NCBI GenBank assembly: GCA_013265495.1
Contig: MU058418.1
Location: 1,390,917-1,454,916, forward strand
Reading direction: 5' to 3'
Source of the DNA: Vicugna vicugna
Lineage: Eukaryota
Length of the DNA: 64,000 nt
Under the pieces are notes generated by a model. The model searched no databases, was not told the origin of the DNA, and worked only from the letters and a program-made list of their open reading frames with translations. This document shows positions 1 to 12,441 of the stretch, piece by piece; the first letter of the stretch is position 1; every line of letters starts with the position of its first letter. Both the position numbers and the translations under genes were made by a program.

Positions 1-3000
1 ATGTGTGCCTGCCTCTTCCTTGTGACCTCATCCCCCCTGCCCCATTATCTTGTGTTCCTTCTCTTTTAGATAGAAATAGAGAAGAAAGTTAGCTGGAGAT
101 GAATTGCCCAGTTTTATCTGTTGTAGTTAAGGAAATGTCAGCAGTTCATAAACCAAAGCGGTAGACTCAAGAACTGGGAGAGTTTGAGATTTGACCCTAC
201 CAGCCACGAGACTCTTGGGTCAGAGGCAGAGGAATTTATTACTCTCTTGTGGCCCAGCAAGCAGCGTGAACAGCAGCATATTTTGTGTCAGCTCCATCCT
301 TGCTTCCAACTCCCGTGGGAGTGAGTGGCACAGATGAGCCCAGGTTGATGCCTGCATATGCCATGGGTTCTGTTAAAGGGAGAGGAACCCTGAGTGTGGG
401 GATCCTAAATCTTCTGTAATGAGCAATAGGCGTATCTGCCCTTTGCACTGGAGGACGATGCTGTCACTGTCTTTCAAGGCTGTTCACTCTGCAAATGCAG
501 ACATCCTTGAATGATAGTCCAAAGCAGAAAGCCATTAGTACTTTGCATGCAGGACATGCAGATATATCAGAGACCTATGGAGAATTGCCTCCCAACTTGG
601 ATTTGTTAAACTTAGAAGAAGCTCAGTGTTACTTCCTGTTCTATCCACAAATTGACATCAGGACTTGGCTGGCTTTCTTACTTGGGGAAATTGCTGAGGT
701 CATGGCTGTTTGAAAGAACCTGATGAACCTGTTGCTGGAGAAACAGGTAATATAGGGTGATATTATTCCACGTAATGCCTCAGAGAGTCGGAAGTATGTT
801 ACGTGAAGCTACCTTTGAACCTGAAATGGCTCAGCAACATCTGTTCTTGTGTTTTTCCTTCCTTGTCTTGATGTGAAGGGATTAACTTCAGTGGGCCCCG
901 TATGCACAATGATTTGTTAAGCCTTAGGGGAAGACCTAGTCCCTGTTGTGCTATGAGCTTGCATACATTTCCTGTTAGCAGATGAACAACCTGAGGGGAA
1001 AGAATTGGAAACTTCAGGGAGTCTGGATGATGGGCATCAGGAAGTTGGGGGAGAGAATCTGAGGGCTAAACCTGCCAAGTCAGACTCAACGAAAGAGGCA
1101 GCTATAAGGCCCAGGGGTCCTGCATCCTCAGGAGTGGTCTTGGAATCACTGACAGCTAGTGTGTGGGAGCCAGTGGGCCCCACTGGAGCACTGTGACACC
1201 TGCTGAGTGAGGGGTGGCTCAGCCCCCACTCTCCACCACACTCTTGAATAGTCTCTTATGTCTTACAGACTCTTACAGGGTATCCTTGCCGGTTGATATG
1301 ACCCCTCCTGCCCTTTGTGACACATATTACACTACCGATGCTAGTGCTTCCACTTTCTTAAGTGCCTTCAAGCTTACCTAGCAGTGTACACAAAGTAGAT
1401 TACAGCCCAGGATATATTAGTATCAGAATATTGCATTCTTGTCGGTTTTTAGAACAACTGTGATTTATCCCATGCACATTCAACCCACTTCATTCATCAT
1501 AATTTGGGGAGTAGTGCTACTATTAACTTGCATGTTTAAGCACGTCCTAGATTATAAATTAAAATGCACAGTATCAGAATGGCTCAATGAATGTTTTCTT
1601 TAGAAAAATGGAATGCATGTCTGGTTCTTTGGTCAGTGGAAATATCCTCCCTGTTCTTTATTTGATCATTTCATGTGGACTTTGGAGCTGGCTGGTGCTC
1701 ATCTGTATGTGTAATTGGCACCCAGGAGTGTCCTGGAATAAGTGGTTGATTCACTCGGCATTTGGCAATATCATTATATTGGTCATCAGCCACTTTTGCA
1801 TCCTGTGGTTTTAAACAAGAAGAAATCTTACAAAACCAGTACAGTGAAATGCGTGAGGTTTGGGGGTAAAGGAAGCAGTTCCTCAGGAGATTCCCTGTTA
1901 GCTGAATTTCACTGGGAAATTCACTGGGTGTTGGCAGTGGGGTGGGTGGTGGGGAGGGTGCTGCAGGCCTGAGTGATTTTGCAGAGTTAACTGTTGTACT
2001 CTTTATCCTGTAAAGAAAAAGTCCATCGGTGGTTGTGTTTGCAGTAGCCAACATGAGATACTCTGTTCTGTGGCATTTACTTTCTCTCTCTGCTTCTTTC
2101 ATCGGTAACACCTTGATTTTTGATGACTATTAGAATAATTAACACTGACACTTGGAAGGTAGCCTGCTTCCAGATGCATCTACATTTGTCTGTTCTGTAA
2201 ATAGGAGCCCCAGCTTTTTCCTGCCCTAACTGAAAAGTGTGCCTCCACCCCTCCAGCCTTTCCAGGGTGTGGACCTGTGCGTAGCTGTGTGACTGTTCCC
2301 ACACGTTGGCATATATTTCAGAGCTACCAAAAAAGAAGTTCGTTGCTCTTGAAATAACAAGACAGAAAAGAAGCATTTTTTTCTGAACCATAACATCTGA
2401 AGAGCTGGAAACAATCAACGTTTGTATGTGTGATGCTGAAGCCAGTGAGTTCCACGTGAAGGAAGGGATTGTAAACTAAGAACAGAAAGGCAGTTTTCCT
2501 GGATTTCAGATGTCAAACTCTCAAGCTATCTAACTCACCCACTCAGCACCTCTACATCCATCCTTCTAATGCACTTGCATTGTCAGTGATTTTTGTTTCT
2601 GCAGGTTTTGATGCCAGAAGACAAATAATAAAATAGCATACATGTGAAGTCTTAAAACAGTTTTCTACCGGTTCTTGATTGAAGCTGAACAGAAGCATCC
2701 TGATCGTGCTGTCAGTTGGCAGGCAAAAGGCATCATATTTTAAAATTCACATAGTCTGAAAGCAGGCTACTCTTCTCTGACTCAATAATAAACTAATTAC
2801 ATGTTTTAAATAGTATAGAGCTGAGTCCCTGTTTCAGATTAAGCCTTGTAGTAGCAAGGTCCAGGGCAAAACAGACATTTGCCTGATGTTCCTGGCCTGA
2901 GGACCTGTAGCTTGGTGCCAGCTGTTTGGGGGCTTGGATAGGCCTGCCAGGGACAACCAGGTAAACGGGCTTGACTCAGCCACGAGGTGATGCTCCCTGA

Positions 3001-6000
3001 GCACAGAGGCAACCAGACATGCCACTGAGGAAGACCTGGACACTTAACAGTTTATGGCAGTGATCCCGTTTGATCATTCCCTACAAGTAGTAATCCCAGG
3101 TCTAGGTAGGACGTGTCCATAGTGTCCCCTTTGGGGTGTGTCTGAGTCAAAAGGGGTCATTTCTAGAAATGATCCCATTCCAACGAGCCTTGCTTGGTGG
3201 CTAGTCATTGTTCCACCTTTCCCCTCCCTTTCATAGTTCTCAGGACCATGTATGGAAACTTAGAGCTGGAATGTTGAATTCAATGATACAGGTTTGTGTA
3301 GTCTTGAAAGCTTCACATTCCTTGGTCACCTGTGAGTTGTGCCTCTTTCCTTGGGCAGTTTGGTGACTTTAGAGGGACACACACAGTGCAGTGGTGAGCA
3401 CTTTGCTATAGAAGTTAGCCTTGGGCTTGATTCCTGGCACCGTTGCCTATAGAGAGTTACTGTTTTGCACCTCCGTTTCCTCCCAACAGTCTTGCCATGA
3501 AAATAAAATGAGATTAGATTTGTCAGGCACAGAACATTGTCCCTGGTAGGCACCAAATACAAGTTCCTTCAGCTTGAAGGTGAAGTAGACTCTATTTTGA
3601 TGGTAGATGTTATCCATCCTTTGTGCTCCCTGCAGTTCAGCCTTTCAGTTGTCATGGTAGTTTAGACATCGGGACTAATGATGTTTGTAGGAGATATTAT
3701 TATAATACCTCAAGGCTGGGAGATCTGAGTTTGTTTCAGCTTGGTTGTCACTTCTTAGCTGATTGAATTCGAGGTATGCCTTGTATCTCTTTGGTCTTCA
3801 GTTTCTTTCACTGTAAAGGTAAGGCTACTTGTTACTAGATGGGTTTCACAGCCCTCTCCATTTTCCACAGTACTACTTTTTGCTGAGCTTCCTGCCCCGA
3901 TGATCACGTATATAGTGCTGTGAAAGTGATTAGACTCTGATGTATTCCTGAATTCTGGGTATGTGTTTCCAATGTCCTTTATTTTTTCTCTCCATTTCCA
4001 CCCACAATAAGTTTTCAAACTGGAAAAAATTACAGCTTAATTTTTTTTTAATCTAAGTGAAAATTATGTTAATAATAAAATAATTTCTGTTCCACTTTGT
4101 TGTACTTTGTGGAGTCGGTTTCAAGAATGTTCTGTATCTTCATGGCTTTTAAGCCTTTGAGGCATCCATTTTGCGTGGCTAGTCCCGTGTGGTCTTAAAG
4201 GGGAATTTAAGGAGCGTGTGTTTGCCGAGCCCCTTGTGGGAAGGGAAAAGGATTCAATCACATCAGGAAGAGAGAGCAGGGGCGGCCAAATGCAGCCGTG
4301 TTAGCCTGCTTTCTGGAGACTGCCTTTCCGTTGACTGCATGCAGTGAGTTGCTGCTTCCTTAGCCTGTGGGGACGTAGGCTGGAAGCAGGAGCGTTTGGG
4401 GGTGGGGAGTGGGTGTGGGCAGAGGGTGCAGGGCTGCCAGGGTTCTCTGTGTGCCGGAAGTGCAGGTTTGGCTGGGAGGAATGGAATGTTCCCTCTTGCC
4501 CTCCAAGAGCAGAAACAGCTGTGGAAGGGCTTGGATAGATCGCTAAATGAAAAAAATAAAAATAAATATGAAAATGAAATCCACACTGGAAAACCCAACC
4601 AAACTGTCTATAAGAGTGTCGTAGCTCTTTCAGAGAACCTTCTTCCCATCTAGGATTTCTTTCTCACTTGAGGGCAGAACAAATTGTCTGCCTAGCCCTT
4701 CCTCTTCCAAAGAAAGCTTCATGGATCTCATGTTGCTTGGGTAGGAAATGGGTTCATTTTGCTGTTCATCAGGTTATCATTATTTTGTTCCTCTGAAGGA
4801 TGGACCAGAACCTGTTGCTGACTGCATGAATACTTGAAACAAACGTTAGTTTTCCAAGGAGTCTCTCTGGGTAGAGGATTATTGTCAGCAAATTTAACGG
4901 AAATCTTGTTTCTAGCTGGAAATTTAATCCATCAGCCAAATTCCTGACAATATTTATTTTAGAACATCATCTTTTTAAAATAAGTCCCTTAATGATTTAA
5001 ACTTTTAGTGTTTTAGACAAGACTAAGAGTGGAGCTAGCCTGGAACTTGTCTTACACATCAGGGTTGATTATGCTATCCTTTATGTGAAGGTTTAAGTTT
5101 TCTTCTCTGTCTGAAGGCTTGTTTGGCTACTATAGCTGGTATTCCACATAGTCAGAAAGAATAACTGACTTCAGGTCTGTTTTGTGTGTTGCACTTTGCA
5201 TACTTACTTTTGAACAAGTTAGCCCCAAAGCAGATAAAATGTAGGGAAGATGATAAGCCAGCTAAATGTCTAATATCTAATAAGAACCAGCCCTTTCATT
5301 TCTCCCTCAGGTGGAGGCACTGCTTGACCCTTTGCAATGCCTCCCCCTATGAATCCCCCAGGGTCTTTTTACTGGATGCAGTGATGTAGTATTTTGTGCA
5401 GTCAAGGAAAGAGAAACTGTGTGATTATTATTAATGTTCTTGAGGCTGTCTGCATATGTACTTTGGTTCTCAGGGAAGTTCGTTCATTAAGTAATACTTT
5501 GCTGCATTCCGCACAATGGAAGCTAGTAAGTACCTCAGGATTAGGGTATGGCTTTTTCAGTGGTTATTTTTATGCAGTCTGTCTTTTTGGCATTTTGTGT
5601 GAAGGATGGTCTATCATAAAAGGGATTATGTGAGGTTGCATGCTAATTCAGGGAGGGTTCTGAAAATTACAGGGATCAGTTACTGTCCCAGCTCATGCCT
5701 CCTTCAGCTGATGTCACTTCTACCTTTTGCCGCAAGTCCACTTGCCCTCTTTTCTGCCTGTGCCTATCCATGCTGGGTGGAGAAGTGGCAAAGGGCAGAA
5801 TGGATAACTGTCTACAAGGCAGTGCAAGGTCAAGGACCCTTCCCCCTACCTTTTTTTATAAATAAAAAAGATATCTGGACCCCAGTGATCTGAAAAATTG
5901 CTCTAACTCTCCATTTTACTCTGTATCTGTAAGCACAGCTTTAGTCTGTGAGCCTAATTCCCATTCTTACCTTCTAAATGGTGGAAACTTGGAATTAAAG

Positions 6001-6093
6001 ATCATCTGCTGTGTTGTGTTACCGGACCCGGGAAGACTAGGGATCATTAGCTTAGACGCAGAGTCTCAGCCAGTAGAAACATAAGGGGGCAAT

Positions 6094-6250
6094 TCCAGTG
6101 ACTGTCAGCTCTAATTGCACATTGGAATAATCTGGGGAGCTTTAACAATGTACCTGTACCCAGGCCTCCTTACCCACACCAGTCTCTAAGAGTGAGTACT
6201 TAAAGTTTCCCCAGGTGACTGCAAGAGACAGCCAGGGTGGAGAACTGATA
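6094..6250. mobile_element. MER5-like hAT-Charlie DNA element
   Basis: TGCACATTGGAATAATCTGGGGAGCTTT...TTCCCCAGGTGA...CAGCCAGGGTGGAGAAC. Confidence 0.6.
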
Positions 6251-7104
6251 CTTAAGAGAAATTAGGGCCTCGTCCAGAGAAGTGCCTTTGAAAGAGCCTG
6301 TCATTGTAAATCAAAAGCAGTGTCCCAGGACTCATGGTTTCCACTGGGCTTTTCACATGACCTTTATCATCTCCCCGTTCGGCAGATGCATGTATTAAGA
6401 TTCAAGCCTTTGGCAGCCTCATTCTGAATTATTGGTGCCCACAAGTCAAAGCAGAGACCTACTTGAAATGCTGGTCCTGCATGCAAGGTGGATGAGTACT
6501 GGATTTAAAACCAGTCCTTCATGGATTGCCCCCTCCAAAATCCCTCCTGAGGACCAGGGCGATGCCTGCAATTTGCTGGTGGGAAGCAATGAATCTGGTT
6601 TGGGAGCTGACAACCATATGTCATTTTGAAATACCATCCCCACCCCCACACACACCCCCCTGCAAAAAAAAAAAAAAAAGAAGGAAAAAAAAAAGGCAAA
6701 GGCCTTTGAGAGTTAAATTACACAACTCCCTTTTTATTTTTAAAGTCAGTGGATTCCTTGTTGCCGTTGCTGAGAAAGATAAATTGATACCACATGTTGC
6801 TTCCAGACAAAACTCTCTCTGTGTTCCAGGGGAAGCACATGCAGCTGGTGTCTGGGTTAGTGGACAGTCTTTACAAGGGTTGGAAGGGGCTGGAGCGGAC
6901 ATAGGGTAGTAACAGTTGGGAAATTACCAGCTACTCCTGAGCACCTTTGAAATACTTTTAAGAGTTTGAAGTCTTTTCCTGGAAGGAGCCGCCCTCTCAC
7001 CTTTTGGCTTAAAGTGTATGATGCTCAGAAAACAGTAAGTGAACGTTTGTGATGTCACTGCTTCCATATGTGGGATCTGATCGTTGAGAGCCTCTTTTGT
7101 TGCT

Positions 7105-7290
7105 TGGCACTCCAATGAGTACTTTGTATGCGTAATTTCATTTAATCTTCCCAAAGATCCCGGAGTTAGTCAGAAAGGGTGTTTTTATCCCCGTTTTATT
7201 ATGTAAGGGGCAACTGAGGTTAAGCCCACAGTCACAGGACAAATGCCAGGACCAGGAATCCAGCTCCTACCTGGCTAACATCGAAGTCTG
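7105..7290 (-). mobile_element. MIR SINE
   Basis: ATTTCATTTAATCTTCCCAA...TTATCCCCGTTTTA...AACTGAGGTTAAG. Confidence 0.65.
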
Positions 7291-10200
7291 CCTCCCTCCA
7301 TTGGCCACCTTAAATCGCATGTGTGAATTATCCGCTTTGTAAAGTACTGGTGGAATACTTACTCATTTCAGGCAGCTCTCTCTGACACTTAATCTAGTTT
7401 GGGTCCTTCTGTCCTTACAACCAGTGTGACTATGTGCAGTTTAGCATTAGGGATAAATGTATTCTTGCATTAGAAAACTGTCTTCATTATAGCAAGAAAA
7501 AGAATTACCAGATTCTGATGAGGACAGTCATCTTTATACTAATTTCTTCAAGGAGGGCCCAACAAAGGGATCTGTAGGCTGTGGCCCACCCCGTTGCAGT
7601 CAGCACAGCTGTGAAAGGTGCATTCCCTCCCGCCACCTCCTTCCCTTCACACACCTTCTGCACATCCCGCCTTGAAGGATTAGGCCACTAATGGCAGCTG
7701 CAATCACACAGGACAGGTTTGCCAGCTCTGTTACTAATTAACCACACCTAAAGCACTTCTGCCCCATTGCAGGCCTTGCTTCAGTGTAAATTGTTTTGTA
7801 AAGGAGAAGATTGACATAAAAATGAAATGAAGAATATTCTTATCTCTGCTATCTCTTTAGACACATTGTGTTACAGTTACTTTCAGGGTTCTCTACATCT
7901 TTGGGCCCAAGCTGGGGGAAAAAAAATACTGGCTTATTTGTCACTGACAAAAGTTTCTTCCTAGAGATGTTTGCTATAATTCATCAGTCTCTGGATTTCT
8001 TAGTTGTGGTTTTAAATAACCAGAACAATTCACATGGTTTGGGGTTGGGTTATAGTGACTTCTTGGCTGCTTTAGTAAGCAAATGTGATGACACAGTGGC
8101 CTGAGCTCCAGTAGTGGGAGTCCTGGCGGGTAACATTTACCTTATCACCTTAACCTTAAGGAAAGCACATCCTTGGTACCTCGGCCAGTTAACACTGGTC
8201 TGCCTCACAGTATAGTTCACAATGTGTGTATTTAGATGTGATGAGAAAAATTACTCTTGTCCTATCAAAACATTCCTCCTTTACCCTCAGTTCCCAACCT
8301 CCAAACTAATGTAAAATCTTAGAAATTTAGAACTAGTGGAAAACCATAGAATATTTTTAACAGTAGCTGTATGGTTTAAAACATACACATTGGAAACTAA
8401 TTTTAAAAGCCCCCTTATGAAGAAAACTTCTCTTCCCTAATTTAGAGAACTTAAACTATAAATCATAAGAGAATTTTATAATTGACTTACCTATTTTTGT
8501 AAATTCCACTTCTTCATTCCTGGGATTGAGGCAAGGGAGAGGCTGTTTGAAATCATACAGAAATCACATCACCATTGACTTCTGTTACCAGGGAAGATGT
8601 GGGAAAACATTGCAGTTCTGATACTTTCTCTGGCATTCATTTATTTACCTATTCCTGCTTCACCAAAATTTAGAGAACCTAGTGATTAGAATTATGACCT
8701 GTGGGGCAAGACAGCAGAGTACATTTTTGGTACCTGACCTTGTTAGGGGAGGGACATTGAGCTACAAATGGACCGATGGGCCACATTGATTGGCCTCTGT
8801 CGTTCCCCCACCCCTGACCCCCACTTCAGATTATGGATTTTATAAATGGAAGGCTGCCCAGCTCCAGTGGATAGAAAGCCACTGAAACAGGGGACTGTGA
8901 GGATGGTGGTGACATAGTTTTTGTTTGTGCTGTCTTATTAATGTAGCTGGAAAAGCATGAATGGTGTGGGGGTGGCCTTAGGGAATGTATTCTGCCACTA
9001 GTAAGTAACCTCTAAAACAAGAGCTGAGCTAAGATTGGACACTGAATCTAATCACCTATTCAATAGATTGGGTTTTGTTTCAGAATCTAAGGGCCATTTA
9101 TATTGGTTTGTCTGGTAACCACTGTCCTCTCTAGAACGAAAGCTATAACAGGTGCCTTAGTACAGAAATACAGGCATAGGCTGTCGATACACCTTTGCTT
9201 TCAGGCTTACTCTTCTGAAAGACTTTCTTTTAAGAAGTTTTTAGGAAAGACCTACCAAATTTTTACTCTCAACTCTTTTGCAAACAAAATTACTGTCATA
9301 AGACTGAGCCTTTGTATCCTCCTCCTTTCTTAAATGTTTCTTTCTTTAGATATTAGCATGGATCGTTGAAATGATGACTTCTGAATAATTTGGGGACAGA
9401 CCTGTGAAAGGCTGTAGGAAAAGCATTGGAGTTGGGAGAACAAATTTCAGTTTTGGTTCTTACAAACGGGAGCTGTGTGGCCTTCTGTAGGTTATTTAAT
9501 AGTATCTCTCAGCCTGAACCTTCATGTATATGATGAAGACACCAACTGTACAGGTTTATTAGGATTAGAGACGAGGAATCTAAAACCTGGCCCAGTAGCT
9601 GACAGTGCTGTAGTCAGGCAGGCTCTCATTCCTCAGCCTTACAGTTAGGGACCTGGGCCCCGACACCCAGTGGTTCTCGTCCTCAGTGTATATTCCAGAC
9701 TCTTTATCACAAGACCTTGTAGAAGCTTGATTTCTCCCCCCAAATTCTAACCAATATTAGCTGGTAATTTTATAGAATCACACATATGCATTGTTTGGGT
9801 TTAGAGTTGTAATGACCATTAGAAAATCCAAATAGGGCATTTTGGAGGTCTCCGAAGTGTTTTACTTTTTTCCTCAGTTAGTTTGGAATTGGTGAAAGTA
9901 AAAATACCTTGAAGAATATTGTCCTCCAAATGCTTTTTAAAAGGGGGATAACTGGATACTTATGATTGGTCTTTGTTAATTCTGGGTGTTGGTATGAACT
10001 ATTTCCAAAATCTAGAGCACAGGGGGCTGGGGCTGGCCAGGGGAGGGGTAATCCGGCCAGAATCCACATTGCCCCCACATAGCTGCAAAACCTCCCTGCT
10101 TTTTCACCAAGAAGCTTGAGTTTGAGTTTTTCCTTAATATATCTAGTCATCTGAGTACTCTCTACTGAGTAGTAGAGCTGCCTTGCACTCGCCTGCTTTT

Positions 10201-10934
10201 TGAACCCTGTGGAGTGAGTTTTAAGAGCACCCTTCATATCTATTATAGAGAAAGTGCTTTACTTTTTAAAGAAATGTAATTTGTGAACCATTAGTAGAGA
10301 TGCCATTATTTTAAAAACGGTAAGAGTGAAAGGGAAGCAGGATATATAGTCTCCTGGGCAACATTTGTCTTATCAGATACTCAGCATGTTGCCTGTTTTC
10401 TTCTTTCAAATGCGTCTTTGCAGCCGTGGTAGAAATGCCTGGATATGGCCCATGGTTGCTATTGCTTATTGCCCAGCCGAAGCTGTCAGCCCTCCTTGCG
10501 TGGGAACATATACACGGGAAACTCTTAAAGTATTTTGGGTTATTTACGTATGGTGAAATCCTGCTGACTTTCTGTGTTTTAAAAACATTCTGGTAGAACA
10601 CATGTATTTGTATCTTCTACATAAATACAGTTGGTGATTGCCAATTTTTTTTTACTACGGTAACTTTTAGGATAGTTCATATTTAATATACAGCAGTAGG
10701 CAATATCTTGTCTTTAACTTGCAAATAAAAACTCATCTGGCCTGCAGGTGCTGTTCCAGATGTGGCATATACTATCAACTCCTCTCTTTTACTGCATATG
10801 AGGCATTTTACTGATTAAAATGAGCCTGCCCCAGGCGATGGGCTCTCTCCACCGTGGACTCTGTGCTTTATGATAGTAAGAACACCCTGACTTGGTAGCA
10901 TGACTGGCTCCTGAAGTAGAGTATCATATATCAT

Positions 10935-11085
10935 CCTTACGTCATTCCTGTTAGGGAGGGATGGTTTGGATGTGATGGCTGTAATGAAGATGGAGGACGG
11001 AAGTTGTTGCAGACAGATTAAATGATTTGTTCAAGGTCATATGGTTGGTTGGTGGCAGAGATAGGACTGAATCTGGGTCATCTCT
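10935..11085 (-). mobile_element. MIR SINE, upstream of the coding exon
   Basis: AGATTAAATGATTTGTTCAAGGTCATATGGTTGGTTGGTGGCAGAGATAGGACTGAATCTGGGTC. Confidence 0.6.
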
Positions 11086-11179
11086 GTTAACTGGGCTTAT
11101 CTACCAAGCAAGGAGGAGGATTCTTAAGATGGGTGCATTTGTTAGGTTTTCAAGATATTTTCCCCTTTTTTCTTTTCTC

Positions 11180-11830
11180 TTTTTAAAAGAAACCTTTCAA
11201 TGTGGTTTTAGATTTACAGAAAAGCTGCATACCTAGCCCAGAGAGTTTTTGATGTTGGGTAGCAACATCAAGTTTCCCCTGTTGTTAACATCTTATATTA
11301 GTTTGGGACATTTGTCACACCTAGTGAGCAATATTGATACATTATTATTATTAACTAAGGCCTGTGCTTTATTCACATTTCCTTAGTTTTGCCAAATGTC
11401 CTTTTTCTGACCCAGCATCCCATCCTGGATACCACATTACATACATTTAGTCATCATGTTTCCTAAAGGCCCTTGTGGATCTGACAGCTTTGAGGAGTAC
11501 TGGACAAGCATTCTTAAATGTCCCTTATTTGGGATTTGTCTGCTGTTTTTCTCATGGTTAGACTGGGGTGATGGGTTTTGGAAGACCACAGAGGAAGGTG
11601 CCATTTTCATCCCTTTATATCAAGAGCACATGTTATCAGCCTGACCTCGCCCTGTTGATGTTGGCCTTGATCACCTGCTGAGATGTCAGATTTCTTCACT
11701 GTAGAGTTACTACCCCTCCTCAATTTCTATACTGTACTCTTTGGAAGGAAGTTACTATGCTCAGACCACATTGCCTTGAGGAGTGGGGTGTCTATATAAA
11801 ATATTTAGAATTTTTCTGAATGGAAGACTT
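11180..11830 (-). mobile_element. Old L1 (L1MC-like) 3' end
   Basis: Antisense L1M 3'UTR motifs: GTTTTAGATTTACAGAAAAG, CAATATTGATACATTATTATTAACTAA, CCCATCCTGGATACCACATTACATTTAGT. Confidence 0.7.
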
Positions 11831-12441
11831 GCCTACTTCTTCTGTCAACTCAGCAAATCCTACTCTACCTATACTGTACCTTTTTTTTTTTCTTATGCCT
11901 GTCAGACAGGTGTGAAATTGTGGCAGGAGGAGATGGAGTCACAGAATGGTTAGGTAAACATTCATACCAGTTCTGAGTTCATAGAGGTGGTTAAGAGAAG
12001 GTGGGTGCTGCCTCTGCTAGAGGAGGAGGGAACCATGAGAGAATAAAATAGTCCCCCAGGTGATTAATTGCCCTCAGAGAGCCAGGGAGGTTTGTTGCAA
12101 AGTGCAGGGAGAGATGGTGTAGTAAATACATTGTATGTATGAACTTCAGTATGGGAAATACAATTTCAGAGAGGACAGTGAAACTTAAGAATTTAAGAAA
12201 AACAATGTCAGTGAACTCCTATATATCTCCTGGATTTGAAACCATGTCCCCCCCCCCCAAATATGGAACTTTTCATTTACAATGTTGTCATTTAATTCCA
12301 AGATGCTTGTCTTGTCTTTTTTTTTAAGCTTCTGAAATTGAGGCTTTAAGAAATGAGTCTGATTAATAACTTCTTCTTCTGGGAGCTCAGTTTTGGACCA
12401 TTCCGGCTCATCTTCTGCATTCTCCCTTCTCTTCTTTGCAG

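Larger units (their letters stand above)
1..12441 (+). other. FOXO3: 3' part of the large FOXO3 intron that splits the forkhead domain
   Basis: No credible coding ORF. It ends in tctcccttctcttctttgcag with a branch-point-like CTCAT at ~12407-12411. Confidence 0.9.

Noticed and set aside
1939..1958. Intronic G4 motif (also G-rich 38932-38990)
   Set aside because: Such motifs are common and nothing else in the context supports function.
6664..6694. Poly(A) tail of a retrocopy (also the T-run at 20971-20991)
   Set aside because: No recognisable body or TSD; treated as simple homopolymers.
12436..12441. ORF-track start 'MQ' for the 468-aa ORF
   Set aside because: TTG CAG is the intron's 3' splice site, not a start codon.
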